From the NCBI GenBank assembly GCA_016839605.1, contig JAEOTX010000039.1, positions 53,541 to 117,540 on the forward strand: a stretch of 64,000 nucleotides of DNA, given 5' to 3'. Below, piece by piece: positions 36,988 to 46,170 of the stretch. Within the stretch, counting starts at the first letter, position 1. Each line of letters begins with the position of its first letter. The notes below the pieces were generated by a model. It was not told the DNA's origin, did no database searches, and was given only the letters and a program-made list of their open reading frames with translations. A program made the position numbers and the translations under genes. The DNA comes from Candidatus Thorarchaeota archaeon. GTDB taxonomy: Archaea > Asgardarchaeota > Thorarchaeia > Thorarchaeales > Thorarchaeaceae.

Positions 36988-38130
36988 CTAATATAGACGC
37001 GTATTGTATATCGCAGTTGCGAGGGATTTGGAACCGTACATGACCTCAACACGCATGCTCGCTTTGCCCTTTTCATCTGACATTGGTGTGAGCTGCGATT
37101 CAATGTGTCGTTCAGAGTTGGGTCCAATTTCATGCTTCTCATTAGTAACCTCTGATACTCCTTCAGGAGTAATCAAGGTAACAACAAGCCTGATTCCAAT
37201 AACGGCACGACTTGGATTCTTCACCCTCAAGTCAAACATGAATGGCCTTCCTGCAATTAGAGCATCAGGAACGTCTCCAAGTTCAACACTCATACCCATT
37301 TTTGATGCTGCAAGTGGACGTCCCTTTGGCCATCTAGCAATCTTACTAAGCTCAAGAAGCCGCGAGAGTGATGTCTTCACATCCCTGAGTTCCAATTCAA
37401 GCTGCACAGCTGCTTCCCCAATATCAAATGTCCCATCATTTGCCTCATAATATGCGAGGACTCTGCGATCTGATTCAATTAGATCACTCACTCCCTCGAG
37501 GATTTGAAGAATAGCCTCTGGCAATTCGTGTGCCTCCTGAAGGGAATAGTATCGCCCTCCATCAACTGAATCAGCGATGCCCTTGAATGACTCCCGAACA
37601 AGGGGGTTGCATCCGCAGATGAATATGAAGACGGTCTCTCCGTAGCGGCTCTTGAGGGCTTGCACTTCTCTACGAGGATCGTGTCCCTTTGGACACCCAT
37701 CAGGGAAATAGTCATCGCCCAAGGTATTGTACGCTCTGCCATGAGGCGGCGCATCACCTACAAGAAGCAGTGCTTTGTAGGCCTGCTCATCCCAGGAGAG
37801 CTTGGTCCGTGCATCATATAATCCATCAGCGACAGCCTCAGGTGTGTCACCACCCTGAGAAGGATTAAGATTTGATATCTCTCTGTGTACGTTCTTGAGA
37901 CGATCCGAGAAATCGAATATGCGTGTCACATAGGAATGGTCCTGAGGCGGATGATCACGATATGACACTATTGCGAAACGTATACTGAGACTCTTTGTTC
38001 GTGTAGTGATTTTGTCTACGATATCAAATAGACTATCTTTCACTGCACGAATGTCATCTTTCATTGAACCAGTCGTATCTACAACAAAGGCAACGTCAAG
38101 TTTGGCTCTATGCAGCCCAATCCTCTCCAT
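36988..38130 (-). CDS. vWA domain protein with wHTH-like segment and C-terminal Ig-like domain
   Basis: DVAFVVDTTGSM, YRDH, GGDTPEA, GDAPPHG; FDIGEAAVQLELELRDVKTSLSRL (HTH-like); beta-sandwich tail. Confidence 0.85.
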   Translation of the reverse strand: MERIGLHRAKLDVAFVVDTTGSMKDDIRAVKDSLFDIVDKITTRTKSLSIRFAIVSYRDHPPQDHSYVTRIFDFSDRLKNVHREISNLNPSQGGDTPEAVADGLYDARTKLSWDEQAYKALLLVGDAPPHGRAYNTLGDDYFPDGCPKGHDPRREVQALKSRYGETVFIFICGCNPLVRESFKGIADSVDGGRYYSLQEAHELPEAILQILEGVSDLIESDRRVLAYYEANDGTFDIGEAAVQLELELRDVKTSLSRLLELSKIARWPKGRPLAASKMGMSVELGDVPDALIAGRPFMFDLRVKNPSRAVIGIRLVVTLITPEGVSEVTNEKHEIGPNSERHIESQLTPMSDEKGKASMRVEVMYGSKSLATAIYNTRLY

Positions 38131-38204
38131 ATGAACCTAGAATATGCCACAATTAAGCCTTTGCTGACAGAGCAGACGTAGGAGATTTTAGTTGGTAAGG
38201 TTGG

Positions 38205-38603
38205 ATGAATGACAGTGTGTTTCGCATGAGTGAGAGCAACCTACTATTGGATTTGGAATTCGAAGGAGAACTCGTTCTGAATGTGGTTCTAGAGAGGATC
38301 AAGGCGCCCCTCATTGTCGAGGACATCAAATCAATGCTCCCTCTTGAAGGAAGAGCCGCGTTAATGCGAGATGAGATGCAAATAACTCTCGGCATCAGAA
38401 GAGGAAATATTAAACCAACCAAGGAAGTCAAGCGCGGAGACATAGCATACATGCCTTTAGGAGGAAACCTTTGCATCTACGTCACTGACAAAACCACGTT
38501 TAGCCCAGTTACAATCATTGGACATGTAGAATCCAAAGGTGATGAGCTGGATGGATTGAAGAACATCAGACGAGGAAGCAAAGCGGTACTCAAGACTAAT
38601 TGA
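38205..38603 (+). CDS. Cyclophilin-like fold protein
   Basis: AP.IV..I...LP and VKRGDIAYMPLGGNLCIY..SPVTIIG. Confidence 0.8.
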   Translation: MNDSVFRMSESNLLLDLEFEGELVLNVVLERIKAPLIVEDIKSMLPLEGRAALMRDEMQITLGIRRGNIKPTKEVKRGDIAYMPLGGNLCIYVTDKTTFSPVTIIGHVESKGDELDGLKNIRRGSKAVLKTN

Positions 38604-38609
38604 CTTGCT

Positions 38610-39164
38610 CTAAAGACCCTGCTGCAAGTTGCGAAGAAGAAGCTCATTTTCATCAGGCTCTATCACGGTGGGATCTACGACTATACCTGGCTCATTAGCC
38701 TCAATGACTACATCAATACCAGATTGACTGACTTTCTTTATTCCTGAGTGCGATAGTGCTCTTACGCGTAGTTGTGTGGTGTCAAACTCGGTTCTATCTG
38801 CCGCTTCAACCGCCTTTACATCTCTGCGCAGTTTCGTCTTTGTTATTCTGAGCTGTTCCTTTAATTGAACCAGTTGGAGCTGAAGATCGATTCGCTCCCG
38901 ATCTGCCTCTTCGAATTTTGCTACCACATCATCATACTGGGTCTTTGAAACCAATTTCTGACTCTGATCAATCCAAGTTATGGTGGTGCCATCAAACCGA
39001 CGTTTTGTCGACACTTGTCCTAAAGCTTTGAGTACAGCAATCACATCATAGATTCGACGCTTAGGAGTGGCGAGCTGTTCAGCTAAAACATCGCTTCTAA
39101 CGCCTTCCTCCCCACATTCCTGAATTATTCTAACCGCAGTCTTCGCCAAATCTACAAGTTTCAA
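38610..39164 (-). CDS. E2F/DP-like winged-helix transcription factor
   Basis: KRRIYDVIAVLKALG..ITW matches the E2F/DP RRxYD signature; followed by a coiled coil and a beta-rich tail. Confidence 0.75.
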   Translation of the reverse strand: MKLVDLAKTAVRIIQECGEEGVRSDVLAEQLATPKRRIYDVIAVLKALGQVSTKRRFDGTTITWIDQSQKLVSKTQYDDVVAKFEEADRERIDLQLQLVQLKEQLRITKTKLRRDVKAVEAADRTEFDTTQLRVRALSHSGIKKVSQSGIDVVIEANEPGIVVDPTVIEPDENELLLRNLQQGL

Positions 39165-39421
39165 AGTCGCACCCCACTGACAAGCCGGCGAGAGTCTCCA
39201 CAGAGCACTCTTCCTCTATAGGATTCATCTACTCTATTTAAAGGTAGGTGTTATCTCTGCGATTTTCCGAACTAATTAACTGATAACCTTAATTATAATT
39301 ATCGGACGGGTTCGTCGAAAAATCGACGGTTTCGTATTACTTACACCTACCGCTAATTACTTAACTCGCGTCTTTGGCAAAAGAACGCAGGTTTCATACA
39401 AGTTTCTGCGGAGAGATTGCT

Positions 39422-40756
39422 ATGACCAGAAAAAAAGTTATCATCATGGGTGCAGCAGGCCGGGACTTCCACAACTTCAATGTGTTCTTTCGAAACAACG
39501 AAGACTATGAGGTTGTTGCGTTCACTGCTGAGCAAATACCGGGTATTGGGGATAGATTGTATCCTCCAGAGCTATCTGGAGATCTCTATCCTGACGGCAT
39601 CAAAATCTACCCAGAAGAGAAGCTACCAGAACTAGTCGAGAAATTTGAAGCTGAACAGTGCATTCTGGCATATTCTGACCTGTCCTATGATACGGTGGGT
39701 CACAAGATTGCTTGGGTGAATAGTATTGGTGCAGACATTAGACTCATGGGCACTAACACTACGATGTTGAAAAGCAAGAAGCCACTTGTAGCAATCTGTG
39801 CCGTAAGAACTGGATGCGGAAAGAGCCAGACCTCTCGACGAGTGAATCAGATTCTTGTTGATATGGGACTTAAGCCTGTTAACATACGCCATCCGATGCC
39901 ATACGACCCCGACCTTACGACCCAGATAGCACAGCGCTACGAGGTTCTGGGAGACTTGGACAAGTATAATTGCACGATTGAAGAACGTGAAGAGTACGAA
40001 CCCATGATCAACATGGGCGTGATCCTCTATGCTGGGGTTGACTACGGTGAAATTCTGAGCCAAGCTGAGGAGGAAGCAGATGTAATAACTTGGGATGGAG
40101 GGAACAATGACTTTTCCTTCTATCGCCCAGACCTGTTCATCGTAATCGCAGATCCACACAGACCAGGGCATGAAGTGTCCTACTATCCAGGAGAAACCAA
40201 CCTCATAATGGCGGATGTTGTCATCATCAATAAGGTTGAAACTGCGGACTATGATTTCGTGGAAGAAGTTAGGGATAACATCATGCGTGTCAATCCAGGT
40301 GCGGTCATCATAGAAGCTGCCTCACCTGTCACTGTAGAAGACATGAGTGTGATTCGTGGAAAGAGAGTGCTTATTGTGGAGGATGGACCCACAGTCACAC
40401 ATGGAGATATGCCATATGGAGCGGGATACATCGCAGCAAGAAAGGCAGGGGCTGAAATTGTAGACCCAAGGCCATTCGCGGTAGGCTCTATTAAGGACAC
40501 TTTTGAGAAGTACTATCATCTTGAGGATGTCCTACCAGCAATGGGATACGGTAAGACGCAGATGAAAGAGCTTGAAGATACAATCAACAAAGCAGACGTG
40601 GATGCTGTAGTAATTGGCACTCCGATTGATCTGGGGCGACTCATCAAGATCAATAAACCAAGTGTTAGAATCAGATATGACCTACAGGAGATTGGTAGGC
40701 CTAATCTCGAAGACATTCTTGCTGAGTTTGTTGAGAAAAAGGGCTTGAAGAAATAG
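39422..40756 (+). CDS. Cyclic 2,3-diphosphoglycerate synthase-like predicted GTPase (COG2403-type)
   Basis: GAAGRDFHNFN, RTGCGKSQT, RHPMPY, WDGGNND, EDGPT.THG motifs. ORF track extends to 39374. Confidence 0.85.
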   Translation: MTRKKVIIMGAAGRDFHNFNVFFRNNEDYEVVAFTAEQIPGIGDRLYPPELSGDLYPDGIKIYPEEKLPELVEKFEAEQCILAYSDLSYDTVGHKIAWVNSIGADIRLMGTNTTMLKSKKPLVAICAVRTGCGKSQTSRRVNQILVDMGLKPVNIRHPMPYDPDLTTQIAQRYEVLGDLDKYNCTIEEREEYEPMINMGVILYAGVDYGEILSQAEEEADVITWDGGNNDFSFYRPDLFIVIADPHRPGHEVSYYPGETNLIMADVVIINKVETADYDFVEEVRDNIMRVNPGAVIIEAASPVTVEDMSVIRGKRVLIVEDGPTVTHGDMPYGAGYIAARKAGAEIVDPRPFAVGSIKDTFEKYYHLEDVLPAMGYGKTQMKELEDTINKADVDAVVIGTPIDLGRLIKINKPSVRIRYDLQEIGRPNLEDILAEFVEKKGLKK

Positions 40757-40763
40757 AGAATTA

Positions 40764-40785
40764 CACCCGGGAAGCTTCCCGGGTG
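40764..40785. terminator. Perfect 22-bp palindrome between convergent genes
   Basis: cacccgggaagcttcccgggtg. Confidence 0.6.
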
Positions 40786-40794
40786 AGAAGCTCT

Positions 40795-41721
40795 TTACCA
40801 ATACTCCTGCTCTGTCTGAACAGTTCTTGCCGCTAGGTCCTTGTACAAAACAGCTTGGTAAATGTAAGTCAGGGGAGTTATTAGCAACGTAGCTGTAAAA
40901 GGAGTAATGAGCAAAGTAAGATCGCTTCCTAGGAACATTATAAGCCCAAACTCAATTGCCAGTGTGATAACCATCAAGATGATGTGGAAAAGAACGATTC
41001 CTCCTAGAGTATGCATGAAGTTGCTCTTTGTTAGACTCACTGTTCTACTGATCGACCCACCGACACTCTTGTCTTCTTCCATTACTACAGCTGCATTCGG
41101 ATAGAATATTGTCACGACAAGGATGTACACAATTGCCATTACCAGAAGCATTCCAGATGCTTGCGTCATCGCATCAAGGTCCATGATCAGCATTGCATCC
41201 AGCATCGCAAGAAGCGATTGCTGAATCGGTATCATAATCACGGCATATATCGAGCCAATAATCAGAATGACAGATAGGAGAGTTGGGAATCGTTCCAGTG
41301 CAGAGGAAACTCCGGATCCCATAGCGGAATCCTGGCCAGTATATGTTCTCAGCGCAATGTTGATTGCCGCACCGAGTATGAGTATATTCAGGACGAAACC
41401 AATCAGCATCAAGACGCCGCCTACACCCACAAAAGGACCATAGACTCCAGGAGGAATTGGTTCATCTAGGAGTAAGAATGTGCCCCAAATGAAAGAAACC
41501 GGTTCTGAGCCTAGATATCCAATGTATAGAAGCATCGTAGGGAAAATAAAGTACATAATTGAGCTGAACACGAAGCTATAGATTACAGGTATTATCATGA
41601 GGCCTACGTAAGCAGAGATTCTCTTTCCATACAGGCTTAAGACTGTTGAAATCTGAGTGCTCACTCCAATTGCATATTGGTCCTCGGTAGAAATCGGTTT
41701 CTGATCATCCTCGATTGCCAA
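40795..41721 (-). CDS. Polytopic membrane protein
   Basis: About 6 TM helices; AVVMEE.KSV..SISR..LTK and LYKDL pattern typical of a widespread uncharacterised family. Confidence 0.75.
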   Translation of the reverse strand: MAIEDDQKPISTEDQYAIGVSTQISTVLSLYGKRISAYVGLMIIPVIYSFVFSSIMYFIFPTMLLYIGYLGSEPVSFIWGTFLLLDEPIPPGVYGPFVGVGGVLMLIGFVLNILILGAAINIALRTYTGQDSAMGSGVSSALERFPTLLSVILIIGSIYAVIMIPIQQSLLAMLDAMLIMDLDAMTQASGMLLVMAIVYILVVTIFYPNAAVVMEEDKSVGGSISRTVSLTKSNFMHTLGGIVLFHIILMVITLAIEFGLIMFLGSDLTLLITPFTATLLITPLTYIYQAVLYKDLAARTVQTEQEYW

Positions 41722-41780
41722 TTAATCCACCTTTACGGCGGAGCACTTCCTGTCTCTTATAATATCTCCGGACATGACAT

Positions 41781-43376
41781 CTATGCTGGCTTCGGACGAG
41801 CATCAAAAATCTCCATGAACTTCATCCCGCCTGCTCTCTCAAGTAATTCCTCAAATGACACAATGAATACAGTTGGTGTTACTTCCGTGCTAGTTTTCGT
41901 AACCTTCTGAATCTCAAGGATGAGCGATTCATAGTTACCTTTTGGTCCTGATTTTGGAGCCACATAGAGGTTCAGTACGTCCATACTGTATGGGTCACTC
42001 ATATCTTCCTTAGCAACTTCAATCTGCATCTCCTCAATCTCTGCAAGCTTGAGCAGATCTGTCCTCAACGCAGTGAGATTAACTGTAGCACCCTTAATCT
42101 TCTTCTCAGCTAGACCCATTACTTCAATCTGAGCCTGCGCATCATTTGTGCGTCCAATGTCCCAGAAGAAGGGACCATCTATTCCGCAGCATGGGCATTT
42201 TCCACGTTCATGCTTTGAAGCCACATCTCCCAATAGAAAGCCTTCAAAGACAGTGCCAGTACTGTCCAGATGAAAGAGCAATGTATGACCTGGCTCATCC
42301 TCTCCTACAAACTCGTAACTACCATCGTCATTCAGTCTGACAAATTCCCAAGACATCATGAGAGGTGATAGGTTGTGATAAGGCCCATTGTATTCACACT
42401 GAACTGCAAACGAAATCTTGCTCTCTGAGGATGCATACCCGCCTACAATTCGTACTTCTTTCGCTCCTTTCTCAATGAGGGTCTGAGTAATGTCATCTGC
42501 AACACGCGGGTAGATTTTTTCTCCTGCAAGCAAGACAACAACCTTCTCAGGCGCTTCATATTCAGAATCTTCAGCCATTGCTCGGAAGAACCTGTTTCGT
42601 AGGTAACTGGGCATTCCCGCAAAGGCATTTGATTTGAAAGACTTAGCAAGCTCGACCAGCTTCTCACTAGGTATTGCTCCGCCCGCACTTGTAGCGTTGT
42701 AGAATTTGCTTATCTGCTTCAGACCAACATTTACCGCATGCCAGCCTAAATGTGGTGCATACGGAAAGAGATTCATACTGGAGACCTCCCACCCGCTTTC
42801 GATGAAAGGATCAATGGCAAGCTGACCGCACTTCGCGCTATTGCTTGAAAGCAGTTCATTGTCATATCGCGTAAGAAATACTGGCGAGGGCAAACCAGAT
42901 GCTCTGCCGGAACTCAACCAGTATTGAAGTGGAGAATAGTTGTAAGTCAAACGTTCCTTGAGCCTATCCATGGCTGCTGAAGCCCCGAGTTTTAGCTTCA
43001 CACGTGCCCCGTTATTACGTAAGAACTTGTATTGTTCGCTGTTACCTGCTTCCTTTGAGTAATTCATCATGTTCCCAATGATTTCTGCTGGGGCTCTTTC
43101 CTTTCCATCCACCTCAGAAGGATTGAGTACAAATTGCCGGAGGCTTTCTTTGTAGTCTGTTTTTCTAACAAGAGGAATTTGGTACTTTTCCCAATCCTCA
43201 ATGCAAGTTATGTTGAAAGGATCCACGTTATTCTCTTTGAACAGTCGTCTATAGTAAGGATGATTGGGCCATATTTGATAGCGGATGAAAGCTCGGAATT
43301 TCTGGTCCTGCATCCGTTTGATTTCGCGATGGTTAGTTCTCTTCAATTCTTGGAACGTAAAAGTGGTCTTTGTCAT
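41781..43376 (-). CDS. Phenylacetate-CoA ligase-like adenylate-forming enzyme
   Basis: HPYYRRLF, IPLVRK, LSSGRASG (A3-like), LAGE, GYASSE, LLGD, CPCCG, IGR, IKGATV. Confidence 0.75.
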   Translation of the reverse strand: MTKTTFTFQELKRTNHREIKRMQDQKFRAFIRYQIWPNHPYYRRLFKENNVDPFNITCIEDWEKYQIPLVRKTDYKESLRQFVLNPSEVDGKERAPAEIIGNMMNYSKEAGNSEQYKFLRNNGARVKLKLGASAAMDRLKERLTYNYSPLQYWLSSGRASGLPSPVFLTRYDNELLSSNSAKCGQLAIDPFIESGWEVSSMNLFPYAPHLGWHAVNVGLKQISKFYNATSAGGAIPSEKLVELAKSFKSNAFAGMPSYLRNRFFRAMAEDSEYEAPEKVVVLLAGEKIYPRVADDITQTLIEKGAKEVRIVGGYASSESKISFAVQCEYNGPYHNLSPLMMSWEFVRLNDDGSYEFVGEDEPGHTLLFHLDSTGTVFEGFLLGDVASKHERGKCPCCGIDGPFFWDIGRTNDAQAQIEVMGLAEKKIKGATVNLTALRTDLLKLAEIEEMQIEVAKEDMSDPYSMDVLNLYVAPKSGPKGNYESLILEIQKVTKTSTEVTPTVFIVSFEELLERAGGMKFMEIFDARPKPA

Positions 43377-43559
43377 GATTCAGTCTCCGCTGGGATCACG
43401 CTCAAGAAGCGGAGCATTTCGTCCATAAGATAAAAGTTCCGAGTTGCAGTTTTAAAGAGTAATACACTAACTGAATAAGGGAACAAAGGAGAAACCCATA
43501 ATAGTGCGGGTTTCTTCAAGCAATCGGCCAAAACCCTATGGCAACGGAGTGTTCAAGCA

Positions 43560-43991
43560 TTGTCTGAGTCTGATGAGAAACTTCAGAGAGGAATCATAGA
43601 ACTGGAGAAGGGGAACCACAAGAAGGCTTTCAGTGTATTCAAGGATGTCTTCGAAGAACGAAAAGAAAGATTTCTGCAGAGAGTTCAAGACAACCCGAAG
43701 TCACCTACTCTAATGCTTGAGTCTTTGCACATGATTCATGCTCTTGTGTGGCTCAGAGTTGCAGAGGCTGGAATGGATAAGCAAAACGCCTTGGAGCTCT
43801 ACGGCAAAGCTGTGGGAACAGTCGAAGCTGCTAGAACGGCACTCGGACCGCTAGTCGGAGGACTGGCTCAATGGGCAAAAGAGCAAAACATCAAAGTCGT
43901 CTACAACAAAGCGCGTGGCCTCTTGGCTGCAACAACAGATCTCGAAGAAATGGCGAAGAAAGAGCTTGAAGCACATCGTAGGATGAAATAG
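43560..43991 (+). CDS. Hypothetical all-helical (TPR-like) protein
   Basis: 143-aa helical ORF. Confidence 0.65.
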   Translation: MSESDEKLQRGIIELEKGNHKKAFSVFKDVFEERKERFLQRVQDNPKSPTLMLESLHMIHALVWLRVAEAGMDKQNALELYGKAVGTVEAARTALGPLVGGLAQWAKEQNIKVVYNKARGLLAATTDLEEMAKKELEAHRRMK

Positions 43992-44086
43992 AAGGCTAGG
44001 AAAGAGTGTTCCATTCCACACGATACAGAGAATGGGTCTTGGGCAATTGAAAGAAAGGTCAATCGAAAAATAGGAGGGAGAGTGCA

Positions 44087-44335
44087 TTGATTACTGCTTT
44101 TGTCAGTATGTCAGTTACACCTGGCGAGGATGAGAAAATCGTCAAGGAACTGGTAAGAGACAAGATTATCCAAGAAGCGTGGCTGACAACTGGCGAGTAC
44201 GATGTGCTCCTAGTAATGAAGGGCAAAGATACTGAGGAGATCAATCACTACGTCAATGACAAGATTCGCGGCATGGAAGGGGTGGTACGAGCTGTTGTCA
44301 CCTTTGGTATTCAATCAATCACACATGATGCATGA
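44087..44335 (+). CDS. Stand-alone Lrp/AsnC ligand-binding (RAM) domain protein
   Basis: TTGEYDVLL and IRGMEGV motifs. Confidence 0.85.
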   Translation: MITAFVSMSVTPGEDEKIVKELVRDKIIQEAWLTTGEYDVLLVMKGKDTEEINHYVNDKIRGMEGVVRAVVTFGIQSITHDA

Positions 44336-44674
44336 CTAGCGATCCTTCATATGCTCTGACCATTTATCAGCTGGAAACCTATCTTTCATGATTTCAAGTT
44401 CAGAAAGGATGCTTTTCTCGAGGTCTACTTCAAAGAAATTTGCGAGCTGAATAAGAAGTGCCATAACTTGGGCGAATTCTCGGGCCAGTTCAGCACGTGA
44501 CGGAGCATCATGACCCAGTCCGATGACCTTGTACCCCTCTTCGACAGTGATATGGCGGGATATCTCTCCAAGCTCTTCGATGAGATGAGCAAATACTAGA
44601 GACGGATTGAATTTATCCCACCCTCGCTCTTTCTCAAATGCCGCTGTGATTTTCTGAATCTCGCTAAGGTCCAT
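44336..44674 (-). CDS. MazG-like nucleotide pyrophosphohydrolase
   Basis: ERGW..F; HLIEELGEI; EFAQ; LAN..EVDLE. Confidence 0.8.
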   Translation of the reverse strand: MDLSEIQKITAAFEKERGWDKFNPSLVFAHLIEELGEISRHITVEEGYKVIGLGHDAPSRAELAREFAQVMALLIQLANFFEVDLEKSILSELEIMKDRFPADKWSEHMKDR

Positions 44675-45373
44675 TTATGTCATCCTCTTTGTGATTTGTA
44701 ATACTTGAGCTCGTGCTTGATCCAAAGCATGACTTGGTGGATTATTGAGGGGCCCAAGCTCAGTGTTCTCAGAGAGAGGTGCTCCACTCAGGAACATAGC
44801 CTCACTGACTTTGCCCATCATTTCAGCTGGGGGAAGGACAGCACAAGGCAGTTTTACTCCAGCTTCAACATCAGCAATATTTGTCACTATAGTCCAGATG
44901 CGACTACCATCAGTACATCTGCACTCTGTAAGTTTAGCGGAGCCCTCTACAGCTTTTGTCTGACTGATTTCAACAGCTAGAATGTCGATAGCTTGTGCAG
45001 GATCATCATCCGCACGCAGAAGTCGCCTCTCAAATCCCTTCACTATGGCAAGAGAATATTGGGCTTCTGTGAATGCCATCTCTTCATTGACAGATTGTGG
45101 TTTGTATGCTTGCGATTCGACTGCATCACTAAGCAAATCTGCAAACTCAACAATGGCACCGACAAGATTCCTTGTCGCTTCAAGTTCAACTAATGCCTTG
45201 GCATCAACATAGGAATACTTCACTTCGTACAGTAGCGTGCCTGCAATCTTCAATGCGTCTGCCAATTTTGAATACTCTATGTGCATGCGAAGCTTCCGAT
45301 TACCGACAATTTCATTGAGACGCCTTAATGCATCTTCGAGGACAAGAACTCTAGCGTCCTTTGCTGTATCCAA
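44675..45373 (-). CDS. tRNA-binding (EMAP/Trbp OB-fold) domain protein
   Basis: DTAKDARV N-terminus; IVTN, LPPAEMMGKVSEAMF. Confidence 0.85.
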   Translation of the reverse strand: MDTAKDARVLVLEDALRRLNEIVGNRKLRMHIEYSKLADALKIAGTLLYEVKYSYVDAKALVELEATRNLVGAIVEFADLLSDAVESQAYKPQSVNEEMAFTEAQYSLAIVKGFERRLLRADDDPAQAIDILAVEISQTKAVEGSAKLTECRCTDGSRIWTIVTNIADVEAGVKLPCAVLPPAEMMGKVSEAMFLSGAPLSENTELGPLNNPPSHALDQARAQVLQITKRMT

Positions 45374-45511
45374 GGCGGTTCACCAGGAAAATTCGTGGAG
45401 GTGGCCTTGATAAAGGCCGCGCCTTACTAGATTAGGAGACCACGAATAGTGATATAAGACTAGGTGGGTATCGCGTTCACGCTAAACACATACGCCACAC
45501 GAGGTGCTTTC

Positions 45512-46129
45512 ATGATCCAAGCGTTATTCATAATCGCTGAGAGCGGGCTTTGCCTAATCAGTAAGACATACGGTGCTGCTGAGGAAGGAGGCATAGATGA
45601 CAACTTGGTGGGAGGATTTCTTCAGGCAGTTGGATCATTTGGAGAGGAGCTACGTGGTGGCGGAGTTCTTGAGGACATGAGTTTCAAGGGTTTCAAGATA
45701 GTTCTCTCAAGGCACACAGGTTTCATGGTAGCCGGAATGATAGACCAGATTGATGATAGAATATCGGCAAAGGCAGTCCTATCAGATATAGGTAATGAAT
45801 TCCTTGACGGCTATCAGGGCATTATTGATGATTTCGACGGTAGCTTAGACCACTTCACAGGCTTTTACCCGAGGATTGACGAAATCACAAAGCATGGCAA
45901 AGCAGCCGAGAAACGGGTGATTGTGCCTGTTCTAAAAGGAAAGGTCTCTCCGATGCTAGTCAGGCTTGGTCAGATGTCCCAGACAGTCTTTGATGTCGCC
46001 AAGAAATGTCAGGGCAAATTGACTACCAATGATATCGCCTATGAACTCAAAATGTCGCTTAAAGAAGTTGTAAAATCCTTACATACTCTAGAGGACATGG
46101 ACATGCTTGAGTGGAAAGAGGTTGGGTAA
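45512..46129 (+). CDS. Longin-like domain plus C-terminal winged helix
   Basis: IQALFIIAESGLCLISKTY, LVGGFLQAV..F, EFLDGY longin pattern; TTNDIAYELKM..VVKSLHTLE wHTH. ORF track extends to 45464. Confidence 0.7.
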   Translation: MIQALFIIAESGLCLISKTYGAAEEGGIDDNLVGGFLQAVGSFGEELRGGGVLEDMSFKGFKIVLSRHTGFMVAGMIDQIDDRISAKAVLSDIGNEFLDGYQGIIDDFDGSLDHFTGFYPRIDEITKHGKAAEKRVIVPVLKGKVSPMLVRLGQMSQTVFDVAKKCQGKLTTNDIAYELKMSLKEVVKSLHTLEDMDMLEWKEVG

Positions 46130-46170
46130 TACCTCTGGGCTGTTTCTAGAACAACTTCTTAGCGTTCTAT

